DNA from: Podarcis vaucheri
Taxonomy: Eukaryota
DNA: 64,000 nucleotides
Direction: 5' to 3' (one strand)
Assembly (NCBI GenBank): GCA_965113315.1
Contig: OZ220363.1
The first letter of the stretch is position 1. Every line of letters begins with the position of its first letter. The translations under genes and the position numbers were made by a program. Shown here piece by piece: positions 37,113 to 49,522 of this stretch. The notes under the pieces are model-generated. The model did not search any database. It saw only the letters and a list, made by a program, of their open reading frames with translations, and had not been told where the DNA came from.

Positions 37113-40100
37113 CTCTAAATTTACAGTGTGGCTCCTCCCTAAAAGTATCTCTACCTAAGTCTTGGTGACCAAAAGCCTTGTGTAGATGACCCATCTCAAC
37201 TGTCAACTATGAGGAATGGTGGGGTTTTCCTCCCCCCACCTTTTTAATAAGGACTGTTACTTTTTATGAAGGATGGAGACATCCATAAAAAAGACAACAG
37301 CACTTTGCAAAACAGTTCATTTAGGAAACAATCACATGACCTTTTTCCTTGACTTTAAGCTAGCAATAAAACTGGCTGAGCCAACCAGCCCTAATGAGGG
37401 AGAGAAAGAGAAAACATCGGCTCCTTCACTTTCCCTCCATCTAATTATAAATATCATTGTCAACTGACTCCAGGATCAGCTGAATCCTAATTGACCTCCA
37501 ACACTGTACAGTGAAAAGATAGTCAGAACTGCCAAACTCAATATAAGGAAGATAAATAAACTGTAATTAGTGACTTAACTCCTAGCTCCCCAATTTGTGT
37601 TTCTCGAGTGTGGCTTGCAATTGCAACATCTTGCTTAAAAGTTTATTTTTCAGGCAGATCTTATAAATTAGTCCCTTCTGACTTTATAAAGTGAGCAGCT
37701 AGCCACACATCATCATCTTCTGAGATATGAAATAATGACAAATATTAGGCAGGCAATTCCAAGAGAGGAGATCCTAAAAGAAACAGTTTGGTTGGTGGTG
37801 GTGGTGGTGATTACATTATATTGCCACACAGAAAAAGATATCCAAGTGACTTACAAAATGTATAAGTTCATAAAGCATAAATAAGAGCATGAGTAAAGTA
37901 GCATCACTTTACATATTCTTATTCTGATTATCTTGAGGGATTTTTTGGTCAGATATGGAATCTAGACATATGCACATAAGGTTTTATATACAATTTTTGT
38001 ATATGTAGAGTTTTGTTTTGATTTTAAAATGCGGAAAGAAATACGTATATCTCTGTGTGTTTGCATGTTAATTGGATAGTTATTGCGGAGCCCAGTCCTT
38101 GGCATGTTTACTGAAAAGTAAGCCAAATTGAGCTTAATTGGGATCATTGTATTATTCTTCTCAAAATATTCTCAACCCCAAATACTAACCCCTTGCAGGC
38201 ATCTGGCCTGGTTAGACCTCTAAGCTCTTTCCCCTTTACACTTTTTAAAAGACACTTGAGTTCTGGTGGAGAGCAGAATTACTCCATCAAAATATTTCAG
38301 GGAGGAATCAAGTAGTTACACAAGAATACAGGTGGCCAGTATGTTACCCTCCCAGATGGACTACAATGCCTAGCATCCCTGACCACTGGCCATGTTGGCT
38401 GAGGCTAATGAGAGTTGCACTCCAGCAACATCTGCAGAATCCCCAGTGTTGGCTGACCCCTGCACTAGGTCATTTTATTTCGTAATGCGGATAGGGGAAT
38501 CTGAAGACTGAATCCTTCCCCTAGTGAAAAACTCCCAGGTCCAGCACTTCTCAAGTGGACACCATTGTCAGTCTAAGAGAATAAGGGAGAAGTTCGTGGT
38601 GAGCTCCAGCACCTCTTTTTCTAGAAGAATAGCACTGACTATATGTCTCTTATTACTGTCTTCATACCATGCCTTTCGCTGCTGCACGTTATTGGCTGGC
38701 TGGCTGCCATTGGCAGGGATGGGTAGCACAGGGGAAACAAAGGAAGGTCACTGTCAAACTGTCAATATTTTGTAGGACAGAGTCAAGTGTGTACTGGAAA
38801 TGTAGGTTTGTGCAGTTAATGTGTATGAAAGCAGTCCATTTCCCTAGCTCAATGAAACCACTTTGGGGCAGGGGACACACACTAGATTTTTTGCAGCTTG
38901 GAACTTGTCAAGAAACTGCACTGAAAAGTGTGGGATGAACAAAGGATTGAAGGGAAGGCATATAATTACTGCAGAAGCATGTCAGAATGCCTGCTCGTTG
39001 TCATACAACAGCGTCACAAACAAATCAGAACAAATGCTCAATAAAGACTGGTTGTAGTCTAACCTTTGCATAAGCTCTGAGCAAGCAACTCAGAGTAAAT
39101 GCTCAGTAGACTAGTTGTACAGAGGAGCCCTAAGAATGCCTAAATATTGTAGGAAGAGGAGGCAGATGGGGGTGTTGTTGTTTTTGCAGAAGCTCTACGT
39201 CTACCATGTCTAATCCTGGCCTCCAGAAGAAGGGATCTAAACCTAGTCTCTTCATGAAATGCTCATATTCTACCTGCAAAGAATTCCTGTCAAAGGAACT
39301 TTGCATCCTCACATTTGAATTTGTATGAAACAGTTTGGTTCCAAGATGCCATTCCACTTTATTTTTCTGAACACATAATTTGGCCATTAGACACAAGTAG
39401 TAAGACTTAGGAAAGCTTGAGAGGCACTCTTATATTGTAATCGTATAACATCTGCCCAGATGTAAGTCCTGTGGAGTTCAGTGGGGCTAGGGCCCAGGTA
39501 ATTTGGTAAATATAGTCACCTGGAAGTAAATCTTGTTTGAACACAACTCTGTAAGCATGTACAGGATTGCGCCTAAAAACCCTTGCTTCTCAATGCTCCT
39601 CGTAACGTGAAAATGCATATCTGAAGTGTGTGTTTCTGGTATTTGCTGTTAGTACATTTAAAGGTGTCATACCACCCAAAAGTGAAAATGGAAATTGCAT
39701 GGAAGGATGCCCTATAGGGCAGGATTCACTTGACAGCCACACCAGCAGAAGTCCTACACAAGGACTTCCACTTGCACAACAGGGCTTCCTCCCTTCTCTT
39801 TGACCCCCTGTGCCCCAATACTGGCTCTGGGGGAATTGGGAGGACCCCCAGAACAGTGCACAGGGGAGAAGGGGAAGGGGAGTATTCCATCTGGCAAGCT
39901 GGAATCCTTGTGCAGGCGGAATGATTGGAAGAACGCAACATTGAGCTTTACCCATTGATTTTGGTATGGTATGTGCATGTTGCAAGCCACTTTCAACAGC
40001 CTGAGCTACTATGCAAATATTTATATAGAACCCATAAGCACTGATCTGACAGATTAACAGACGTCTACTTATAAAAGTATTTATATACTGCCTTCTCACC

Positions 40101-41665
40101 AAATATCAGGGTGGTGTACAGCAACACGAAAACAGGCACATTATATAGATATATATCTAAAAAAAAAAGTCAAAAAGCGAAAAATAATTAATCACTGGTA
40201 CTATAGGGTTGAAAGAGGAAATCACCCCAGTGACAGGCTAAATGAGATTAGACTCTATGTGACATAGTTGTAACATATCTGGGAACACTAGTAAACACAC
40301 CAAGGCAAAATCTGAAAATTAGAGAGAGGGAAATAACATGTCTCTAGAATATAATCAGTTCAGAAGATCACAGCTTTCTCATAGAAAGAAAGTCACACAT
40401 TTTAACCATACTGCCTTTTTTAAAAGAAAAGGGAAGACAGACAGGCAGGCGGAAATAAAAGGGCTGGCTTGCTTTGTTCTGCAAAGACACTGGTTTCTGA
40501 CATTAATTTTGATTTGTGCCGCAGGGAATTCGCTCCCAGTTTTTATACACTTTGCAAAAGCATCCCTCTTCCCCTTTGCTGGACCATTAATTCCAAAGGG
40601 AAAAGCCACCATCTCCTTTTCTTTCTAGCTCAAAATGTTTCTCAGCCCTTCCTTGCCTTGCATTGTGACAATGTCTTCTTGGGCAGAAATGGATATGCGG
40701 AAACGGAACGTAGCACCCGAATGCTCGAAAAATACGGCAGAAACAGAATTTGCTATTGTTTGCCGTGCCATTGTTCTGTTGGGTGTGTAAATCCACTGGT
40801 GGAGTCAAGTCCATCCATTAAACACACACACACACATTTTTAATCTCTAAGCAAGATGTTTTTTCCCCACTAAGGTTACTTTGTAAAGAGGTGATTTGGC
40901 TCTTCACAATCAAGAAAAGAAAGCAGAATAGAAGCCTCGACAGCTCAAAAGAAAATCATTCTGGGCATGTGAGGTTTCTCCTTCCTTCTCTCCCCCCCCC
41001 CTCCTTTCTTTTTCTTTTCTTTTCTTTTCTTTCTATTTTTTTTTTTTTTTGCTGTAAGACACTGTGATGTTTTAAGCGTATACCTAGTGCTTTCTTACAC
41101 ATGCTGAGTAACCAGGCTAATTAAAAAGCCCATACAGCTCTCGTTAAAATCTGTTCAAATTTTTGGAGCACCTGTTATAACAGAATGCCCACAGACATGA
41201 TAGTTTGGAGCCAAGGCACCTGCTACCTTATGTCTCGCAGTATGTTCGGTTTTAGACTGATAGCTGGGAGGGGGGGACCCACTTTTTGACATTTAACAAT
41301 CTCTTAAGACGATAAGAAATTAATCAGAAAAACTTGGGGGATTTAACCCTTCCGTGATCGCTTCTTTTTATTGCACCTTTCTTCCCTGATTTGTGTCCCC
41401 ACCCTGAGAGCAGGAAATATAGACAGTGGATAATGCAGAAGGTAGTTACATTTCCATTGAAACATCCATGCCTGTGCTATTTGTTTTACATTTAGTCATC
41501 GGTAGGAATAACCCTCCATGCTGTTTTGATACTGATATGCTGATCTATTTAATATACGCAGCATGTACAGCTTGCTTTATCTAAAGTATAAATTCTTAAG
41601 ACTGAAGTTTTCATACCTTGCCAACTTTTCAGCACTCTAGTAATTGACTGAGTTTGATGCGCTCA

Positions 41666-42175
41666 TACAACAAAAAATAATATTTAGAATATACTGGAAC
41701 CCATTATGTTTGTTTTAAAAAGGGCTCTCTAAGGTATCTAATGGTTGGAGAAGCAGTAGGGATAATGCTTCTCTAAAACATGTTTTTCCATTGTCCTACA
41801 TTGAAAGATTTTTGGCAGAAGGTAACTGAAATTATCAACAGAACTGTACGGAACAACCTTACATTTACAGAGCAAAATATCCTTTTGAATTGTATACCCA
41901 GCACATGGAACCTTACAAAAGGACAATATGAGTGGACTCTCTGTGCCCTTACCACAGCAAAAAGACTGAGACTGATGAATTCTAAAAATAAAAATGTGGC
42001 TCCCTTCTACAATTGGATTGAAGACTTATACAAACTCACAACATATGAACAACTTGCATATAAACACAGACTTGCCACGGACAAATTCAATGATATTTGG
42101 AATCCATTCTTACAAATACTGTAATAGGTTAAGATCTGGTGAAGTACAATAGGAACTTTGTAAAGTAAAAAAAGA
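41666..42175 (+). mobile_element. 5'-truncated L1/Tx1-clade LINE 3' end
   Basis: Peptide remnants IQQKIIFRIYWNP and MFFHCPTLKDFWQKV...DKFNDIWNPF; A-rich tail; 15-bp TSD agtttgatg(c/t)gctca at 41651-41665 and 42176-42190. Confidence 0.85.
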
Positions 42176-42441
42176 AGTTTGATGTGCTCAAATATTGCAG
42201 GCTATACATTTATTTGCCCATATATAGATCTATACAGACTACACCCAAGATATACTCCCATTTTCAAACACTGAATAAATTGGAACAAAATGGGGATTAT
42301 GTTGTGCAGCCCAATCTTCAGACATCTCTTTCTCCATGCTGATTAGGGATTACTCCCAAAGAAAGCCTGCATAAGACTTCAGCCTTAGGCTGATTAATTC
42401 CATTAACAGCAGTGAGCATTCAAAAGAAACACAGTATGAAC

Positions 42442-42824
42442 CAGGGCCAGGACAACAATGAGGCATGGGGAGGCAGTCACCTCAGGCGGCAGACGTCCCC
42501 GAGGCCTGCAACATAGCCTCTGCCCCCACTGGAGAAGCAATGCTGGAATCAGCACTGATTTTCACCACAATCTCATGAGATCTCACGGAGCACAAGTGAG
42601 CTCATGAAATTTCAGAGCGTTCTCGAGAGATCCCACCAGAAATTGGCACCAGGGTGCCAGAGGAGGTAGGTGGCATGGCAAAGGCAGGACGGGCAGCATG
42701 CCAAATCTCCATCCACTACCACCTGGTAAGGGGGCAAGGCTTTGCAAAGGCTTCTCCTTCAGGGGAACCCCTTGCAGAGCCTCACATGCCCTCCCCAGGT
42801 GCCAAAACACCTCAGACTGCCCCT
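42442..42824. mobile_element. hAT-like non-autonomous element
   Basis: Termini cagggccag / ctgccctg; internal palindromic tctcatgaga and tctcgaga motifs. Confidence 0.5.
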
Positions 42825-44879
42825 GGTAGGAGGGGAGTACATACCCCTACAGTCAAAACCAAGTGTTTGGCCATCCACATACTTCTGAACTACAACTCCC
42901 ATCATCCCCGACCATTGGGAGTTGCAGTTCAGAAACATTTGCAGTTCAGAAACATTACACGTGGTCTAAACCACAGTTGCAAAGCCTGTTAGAGCATTGA
43001 TAAACATATTACAAAGTTCAGATAACATACCTTAAAATGTTTGAGCAAAGATACAGTACATTACAAATAGCCCCAGATTAAAATCAGATTCTGTGTCACA
43101 GGTGAAAAAAAAAACCCTCTTCCATGACTATGAAGGAAGCTGGAGTAGCCATGTTGGCCTTCAGGGTAGTGAGCTAAGGTGTATTTATGAAATATGTTTG
43201 TTCATTATTTAAAACATTTATATGACACCTTTCCAAATGTTCAAGGTGGTTAACAAAGAAAATGAAATGCCATATGCATAGTGAGATTAAAACCATTATG
43301 AAAATGATGTGGAGAAGTCTTTTTTCTCTTTTCTCTTTTCTTTTTCTTCTTTTCTGTGCTTAACTTTGTTGTACTTACCTTTATTGTAAGATTGTATTTT
43401 AAACCAATAAAGATGTATTTATAAAAAACAACAACAACACAATGAAAATGCAATCAAGATGTACAGTAATTAAATACTCAGGCTGGACCTCTGCGCCCAC
43501 TTACCTGGGAGTAAGTCCCACTGAACTCAATAATTCTTACACTTGACATGAACAGGGTTGCACTGAAAAGCATCATTGTTTAAAAGGCGAAGGAAAGACA
43601 GAGCTGTAAAATGCAGAAAGGGAAGACAGCAATAAAACCAACAACAAAGACACAAAATTCAGGAAAATTTCTGATTGAAAATGTCCTGAAATGGTAGAAG
43701 TAGCAGTGCAGTGGCAAAAGAAGGGTGCAGGAGAGAGAGAGAACTGAGTGACAGACAGAGGGATGGCAAAAAAGGCATAGAACTGAGGGAAAGAGGACAG
43801 AGGGAAGGTTCACAAAGGCCACTGGCTGAAGGTGTGTGGAAAAGGAGACTTGGAAATGGTTAGCTTAAGAGTGCCAAAGTGCCCAGGATGCTAAAGTGAT
43901 GCCGGTAGGGCTACGTTGCACTTGTTCAAGTGAACAAACCACCCACATCTTCAGGTGTGCAAGTCATAATTAAACAGTTTCTTCACAATATAAAATGTCT
44001 GTCATAAGATGCAACTGAAAACAGGAAAAGTTGATGTTTTCAGGATATCTCACCATCACCCAGAAGTGTCTAAAATTTCAGCTAGAACGGCTAATTGTTT
44101 TCAGATACTAAAAGTTCTTGCAAGTTCTAAGAAGTGTTAGTTGTGGGAATTTAGACACACTCACACACACATATATGATTTGGAGACAAATCTCAGCAAG
44201 AATGCAGGTGATAAGCCTTTGTTAATGCCGCTGGGACAAAATGCTGCAGCTACGGATTTCTGTTGATAAACAGATTTCTGAATCAATTAGTGGTGCATAA
44301 TTATCCATATCTCTCAAAGTGAATACCATTGTTTTTCATACTTTTTTTGTATAACACTTTTCCAATGACAGAAACGGTTACAGGCGACAACCATTTTAGG
44401 CATGGCTAATTTGTATGCGACTGCCGATGTGCAGGTGCTTTCAGACCCAGAAGAGGGAGAAGTGGGGGTGGAATGAAGTGGAACGAGGCTGAGAAAGGCT
44501 GAGTGAGGCCCAGTGGGCTTAAGCACATTCTGCCGATGTGGGGGCGGGGCAGGAATGGAACCCTTGTGCAAAATGGCCGCCGCCTATGCTTTATGCTGGC
44601 TGTGGTGAGATTTGAACCAAGGGACTTGCCAGTTCGTACACTTAAGAATCTATGCTTGCATACCCACATGGGAAGGTTATGAGCTCATGCTTTGGATATA
44701 GAAGGCACTAGATTCAATCCCTGACATCTCCAGGTAACACTGGGAAAGACTCCTATTGTAGACCAGGGTTTTTAGACAGGTGAAGAATTAAAGACATTGA
44801 TTATATAAATTACTGCCTAGATTATGTATTTATAATCTATGCAGCAATTTATATCATCATCACATTACATCTTATGTTA

Positions 44880-45131
44880 GGATATTAGCATAAAACTCTG
44901 CTTTACAGTTCGACAGACGATGAAAGTTAGTTCCTCCAAGGGCCTGTGAGAAAAGAAAAGTCTTTACAGACAGTGGAAGCACAACAGTGATGTCATCATC
45001 CAGATGTCTAAGGGGAGGGAAGTCAGAGCAAGGGCACAATCTCACTTCCCAAGATGACAAGCAAGACTTGCCTTGTGAGACAGCAAACAGGACCCCTCCA
45101 GTCAAACTCAGAATCCAGGCTGGCAGTGTAA
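44880..45131 (-). mobile_element. Old L2-like LINE remnant hosting the nested cluster
   Basis: Minus-strand peptide ends VKTFLFSQAL, resembling an L2 C-terminus. Confidence 0.45.
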
Positions 45132-45137
45132 CTTTCC

Positions 45138-45561
45138 CAGACCCTCCAAGTGTCTCTATTTTCCAGGGACAGTCCAAGATTTACACAAGTCATCCCAGTT
45201 TCATTTGATCCCGGAATGTCCTTAGGATGTCCCTATTTTCATCAGAGAAATGCTGGAGAGTATGGAGCTATATGACCCCCCAAAAGAGAGAACTATACGA
45301 CCTTTAGAAGACATCTGAAGGCAGCCCTGTATAGGAAAGTTTTTTAAATGTTGAAGGGTATGGTAGGACTTCCCTACTTTCATTGGAGAAATGTTGGAGG
45401 TATGGAGTTATCTAGCCCCTGAGTTATCTGAAGGCAGCCCTGTATAGGGAAGTTTTTCTAATGTTTAAGGTTTGATTATGTTTTTATATATGTTGGAAGC
45501 TGCCCAGAGTGGCTGGGGCAACCCAGTCAGATGGGCAGGGTATAAACAGTTGATGATGATA

Positions 45562-45603
<42 letters not shown>

Positions 45604-46080
45604 AAATAGGATGTCCCTATTTTCATCAGAGAAATATTGGAAGGTATTTGTGTTATAAGAGGGACGCGGGTGGTGCTGTGGGTTAAACCACAGAGCCTAG
45701 GACTTGCCAATCAGAAGGTCGGCGGTTCAAATCCCCGTGACGGGGTGAGCTCCCGTTGCTCAGTCCCTGCTCCTGCCAACCTAGCAGTTCGAAAGCATGT
45801 CAAAGTGTAAGTAGATAAATAGGTACTGCTCCGGCAGGAAGGTAAACGGCGTTTCCGTGCGCTGCTCTGGTTCGCCAGAAGCGGCTTAGTCATGCTGGCC
45901 ACATGACACAGAAGCTGTACGCCGGCTCCCTCGGCCAATAAAGCGAGATGAGTGCCGCAACCCCAGAGTCGGTCACAACTGGACCTAATGGTCAGGGGTC
46001 CCTTTACCTTTACCTTTTATTTGTGTTATAAAATGAATAAAAAATTTTGAAGAAAAAAAAAAGAAATATTGGAAGGTGTA
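45138..46080 (+). mobile_element. Same chimeric TIR element, with nested insertions
   Basis: Termini cagaccctccaa / ttggaaggtgta; TSD CTTTCC at 45132-45137 and 46081-46086. Confidence 0.75.
45659..46017 (+). mobile_element. Sauria SINE
   Basis: Same family; 14-bp TSD TATTTGTGTTATAA at 45645-45658 and 46018-46031. Confidence 0.93.
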
Positions 46081-46363
46081 CTTTCCATCCTCAGGAGAAT
46101 CCTGAACAGCACTAAATCACTAAACCGTATTATGTTAAAGCTGCACCTCTTTGCCCTGGCTTTTGACACTCAAGATGTATCTTTTTAAGGACCCAGCCTA
46201 TTCTTATGACCGACATTTGTTTTAAACTGCTTTTAAGTTGTATGTTAAACTGTTGTGATCTGCCCTGAAACGTTAGGGTGAAGGGCCTGTAGTGAACAAC
46301 AACAACAATTCCTGTTCTAGGCAACATGGTACCCTGAAGAGAAGCATTTATTGTAGGGAGTGG

Positions 46364-47120
46364 TAAGCTCTGGCTATGGCTCAAGCTTTGTTTTAAACCA
46401 GTGGGTATTGCCCCTTTGATATTGAGGGACGATTTCCAATCATCGTGGGAAAGGGAGGTCACTAACGAGGTTCAATCCTGCGGATTGTCTCATCTTTACT
46501 TTGAGTCTATGACGTACAATCAAGCTAGAGCTGTGATCTCCCGGAGACTGAGTGACATTGCCAGACAAGAGGACATAGCCCAGGTAAAACCAGGGATGTT
46601 CCTAGGGGACCAGATCTATCGGACCATACCAGCCCCCTACCTCGCAGAAATCCACTATGTGGAATACCGCAGACTTCTTACAGCGGCTAGATTAAATGTC
46701 CTTGACTCTGCGATATTGTGGGGAAGGTACAGGGGAGTACCATACGCCCAGAGAACCTGTCATTGTGCCATGGGTGTGGTTGAGTCCACTGAACACATTC
46801 TCTTGACTTGCCCTTCTTATGCAGAGCTTAGACAAAATTTTATAGACCCACTTCTATGTCAATTTAGCTCCCTACCCGGAGAAAACCAGGTTTTACACTT
46901 GCTGAATAATGTCGCTAGAGCTATACCTTCCTTGGTGGCCAAATTTCTTTTTTTAGCTTTTAAGCGCCGCAAGACTATAATTGACTGTACTGATATGGGG
47001 CTATCTGTTTAGCCCATTTTAGTGTTGGCTAAGCTCTAAAATCTTCTTGGATGTTTTAACTGTGTATTGACAAATGTACTTTTTTCTGACTGACGGTCGA
47101 ATAAAAGGTTGATGATGATG
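46364..47120 (+). mobile_element. 5'-truncated LINE, RTEX-like, with intact C-terminal CCHC-type region
   Basis: Open frame 46401-47012 with GRYRGVPYAQRTCHCAMGVVESTEHILLTCPSYAELR; AATAAA plus (GAT)n tail; perfect 14-bp TSD ATTGTAGGGAGTGG at 46350-46363 and 47121-47134. Confidence 0.85.
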
Positions 47121-48894
47121 ATTGTAGGGAGTGGAGATATTTCTGCTGCTAGGATCATGATGGCCAGAAATTTCCTCAAGTGTTGATCTTTTCCTTCTCT
47201 TTCACAAAGACACAGAGAGGAAGGAGTTATGTAGCTAATAATATTTGTCAAGCATCTTGAAAAACTCTCTGGGTATCGTGGTTAATGAGAAGAAATGTTT
47301 AAATTAGTATTTCTTACTGTAAATGTTATATCAGTGTTAGAATGAAGGCTGGCTTAATTAAGCATTAAGTTAAGTACGTAGCAGTTTTTTAGCCTTATTG
47401 AGCGGGGGAGGGGAATTACTATCTTCCTTTGCAGCACAGTTCACTCTCTTTTTTGTGAGCTATTTGGGTCGCAGCTTACAAACCGTTATTAGTTAGGGGG
47501 GGAAAGCTAATATTTTGTCAGGTTGTTGCTGAGGTGCTCAAAGGACTAGCCATGTAATAATTGTAAAAGGACTTAATGAAAGGGTCCTTATAAATTATTA
47601 TCGATCTGTCAAAATCAGTTTGCATTTGATACAAGCAAGAAACCTTAACATTCCTCAGCTGCCTGGTTGTACATGGGTGTTTCATTGGGCACATATGCCT
47701 ATGAGATATACAGTATGTGCAGATGACTAAGGGAAAGATCTTTTCACCCTCAGTGAGCCTTAATTTAAGTTTCATTGATTTCAACTGAACTTGCAGACAA
47801 GGGGATTCTCCAGGCATTATCTTAAAAGCTCCATATGAGTCTCCTTTGAGCCTTATGGCCATGATCTAACACTGAGTTATTGTCATGACCCTGGGATTGG
47901 ACTCACCCTCTGCAGGGGCTTGGCTCACAGAAGACAGAAGAGCTAGGTACTCAGCTGCCCCTATTTAAGCCTTGATTTGAGGTTGCCCGCTGCTGAAACA
48001 ACTGTGAATATCAAATCTGAGCCATGCCCAGAGCTGTTCAGGGTGCTTGCCACTGTACCAGCAGACCAGTAGCGGAGCTACACTTGTGGTTTATAACATT
48101 AAAATGTGTTATTAAAATGTGACACCAGAGGGCACGTCAGAACTGTGAGCCGCTGGCAGAGGGAAACTGTCATTAAACATTATAGAATGTTATATTTAAT
48201 AGCACTTAAAAGATCAATGTAGACCCACCCAGGAATCCTTAGATGAAGAGACTTGCTACAGCAGGGGTGGCTAATGGTGGGCTGTATCGCTCAAACCGGA
48301 CGGTTACATATATTCAACGTCATTAAAATAAACTGACTTAAGAAAACTTAATTATGTGCATAACATTTGTTTCATGCATAAAACAGCCTGGGTGTTAGGA
48401 GTGGTTAAGCGCCTCCTTACAAGGAGATATCCATCCATGTAGCCTTAAACTGGCTGCCGTAAGATCTTTGCTGAATAAACATTCTCTGGAAATTTTCTGA
48501 CCAGTTCCAAATCATTCACTTCTAGGTGAGGTGTTTGAATGTGTAATGGTGCTTCCGATTCAGGAGTTCTTTGATGATAAGGATTATCTGTTAGCTACTA
48601 GCAATGTTCTACCATTGTTGTCTAGAAAGTAAGGGGTGGAATCCCCAAATTATATTAGATCTAACTTATCTCACCACTTAGAGATTTTTCAAACATTAAA
48701 CAGGTGATAAATGTTTTTAAATAAATAAATAAACAAAATAGAAATATACTAATGGGAAAGCCAGAAAACAAATATGTGTTTACCTGCCTAATAAATCAAA
48801 GCGAAGGTGCAACTTGGCAGACACTACCATAGTTGCCCAGTGGGGAAAGGATTCCATCACCATGGTTCTACCATACTCTGAGCCCTGCAAGAGT

Positions 48895-49522
48895 GTAAAG
48901 GTAAAGGTACAGTGGTACCTCGGGTTACATACGCTTCAGGTTACATACGCTTCAGGTTACATATGCTTCAGGTTACAGACTCCACTAACCCAGAAATAGT
49001 GCTTCAGGTTAAGAACTTTGCTTCAGAATGAGAACAGAAATTGTGCTCCGGTGGCGCGGTGGCAGCAGGAGGCCCCATTAGTGGTGCTTCAGGTTAAGAA
49101 CAGTTTCAGGTTAAGAACTGACCTCTGGAACGAATTAAGTACTTAACCCGAGGTACCACTGTAAAGGTAAAGGGGCCCATGACCGTTAAGTCCAGTCACG
49201 GACGACTCTGGGGTTGCAGCACTCATCTCACTTTACTGGCCGAGGGAGCCGGCATTTGTCCACAGACAGCTTCTGGGTCATGTGGCCAGCATGACTAAGC
49301 CACTTCTGGAGAACCAGAGCAGTGCACGGAAACACCGTTTACCTTCATGCCGGAGTGGTACCTATTTATCTACTTGCACTTTGATGTGCTTTCAAACTGC
49401 TAGGTTGGCAACAGCTGGGACCGAGCAACAGGAGCTCACCCCGTTGTGGGGATTCAAACCGCCGACTTTCCGATCAGCAAGCCCTAGGGTCAGTGGTTTA
49501 GACCACAGCGCCACCCGTGTCC
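48895..49522 (-). mobile_element. Sauria SINE with a MITE inserted in its (ACCTTT)n tail
   Basis: Reverse-complement SINE body 49162-49522; tail gtaaaggtaaagg continues at 48895-48909. Confidence 0.9.
48910..49161. mobile_element. MITE family A
   Basis: Perfect TIR CAGTGGTACCTCGGGTTA; TA TSD. Confidence 0.93.
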
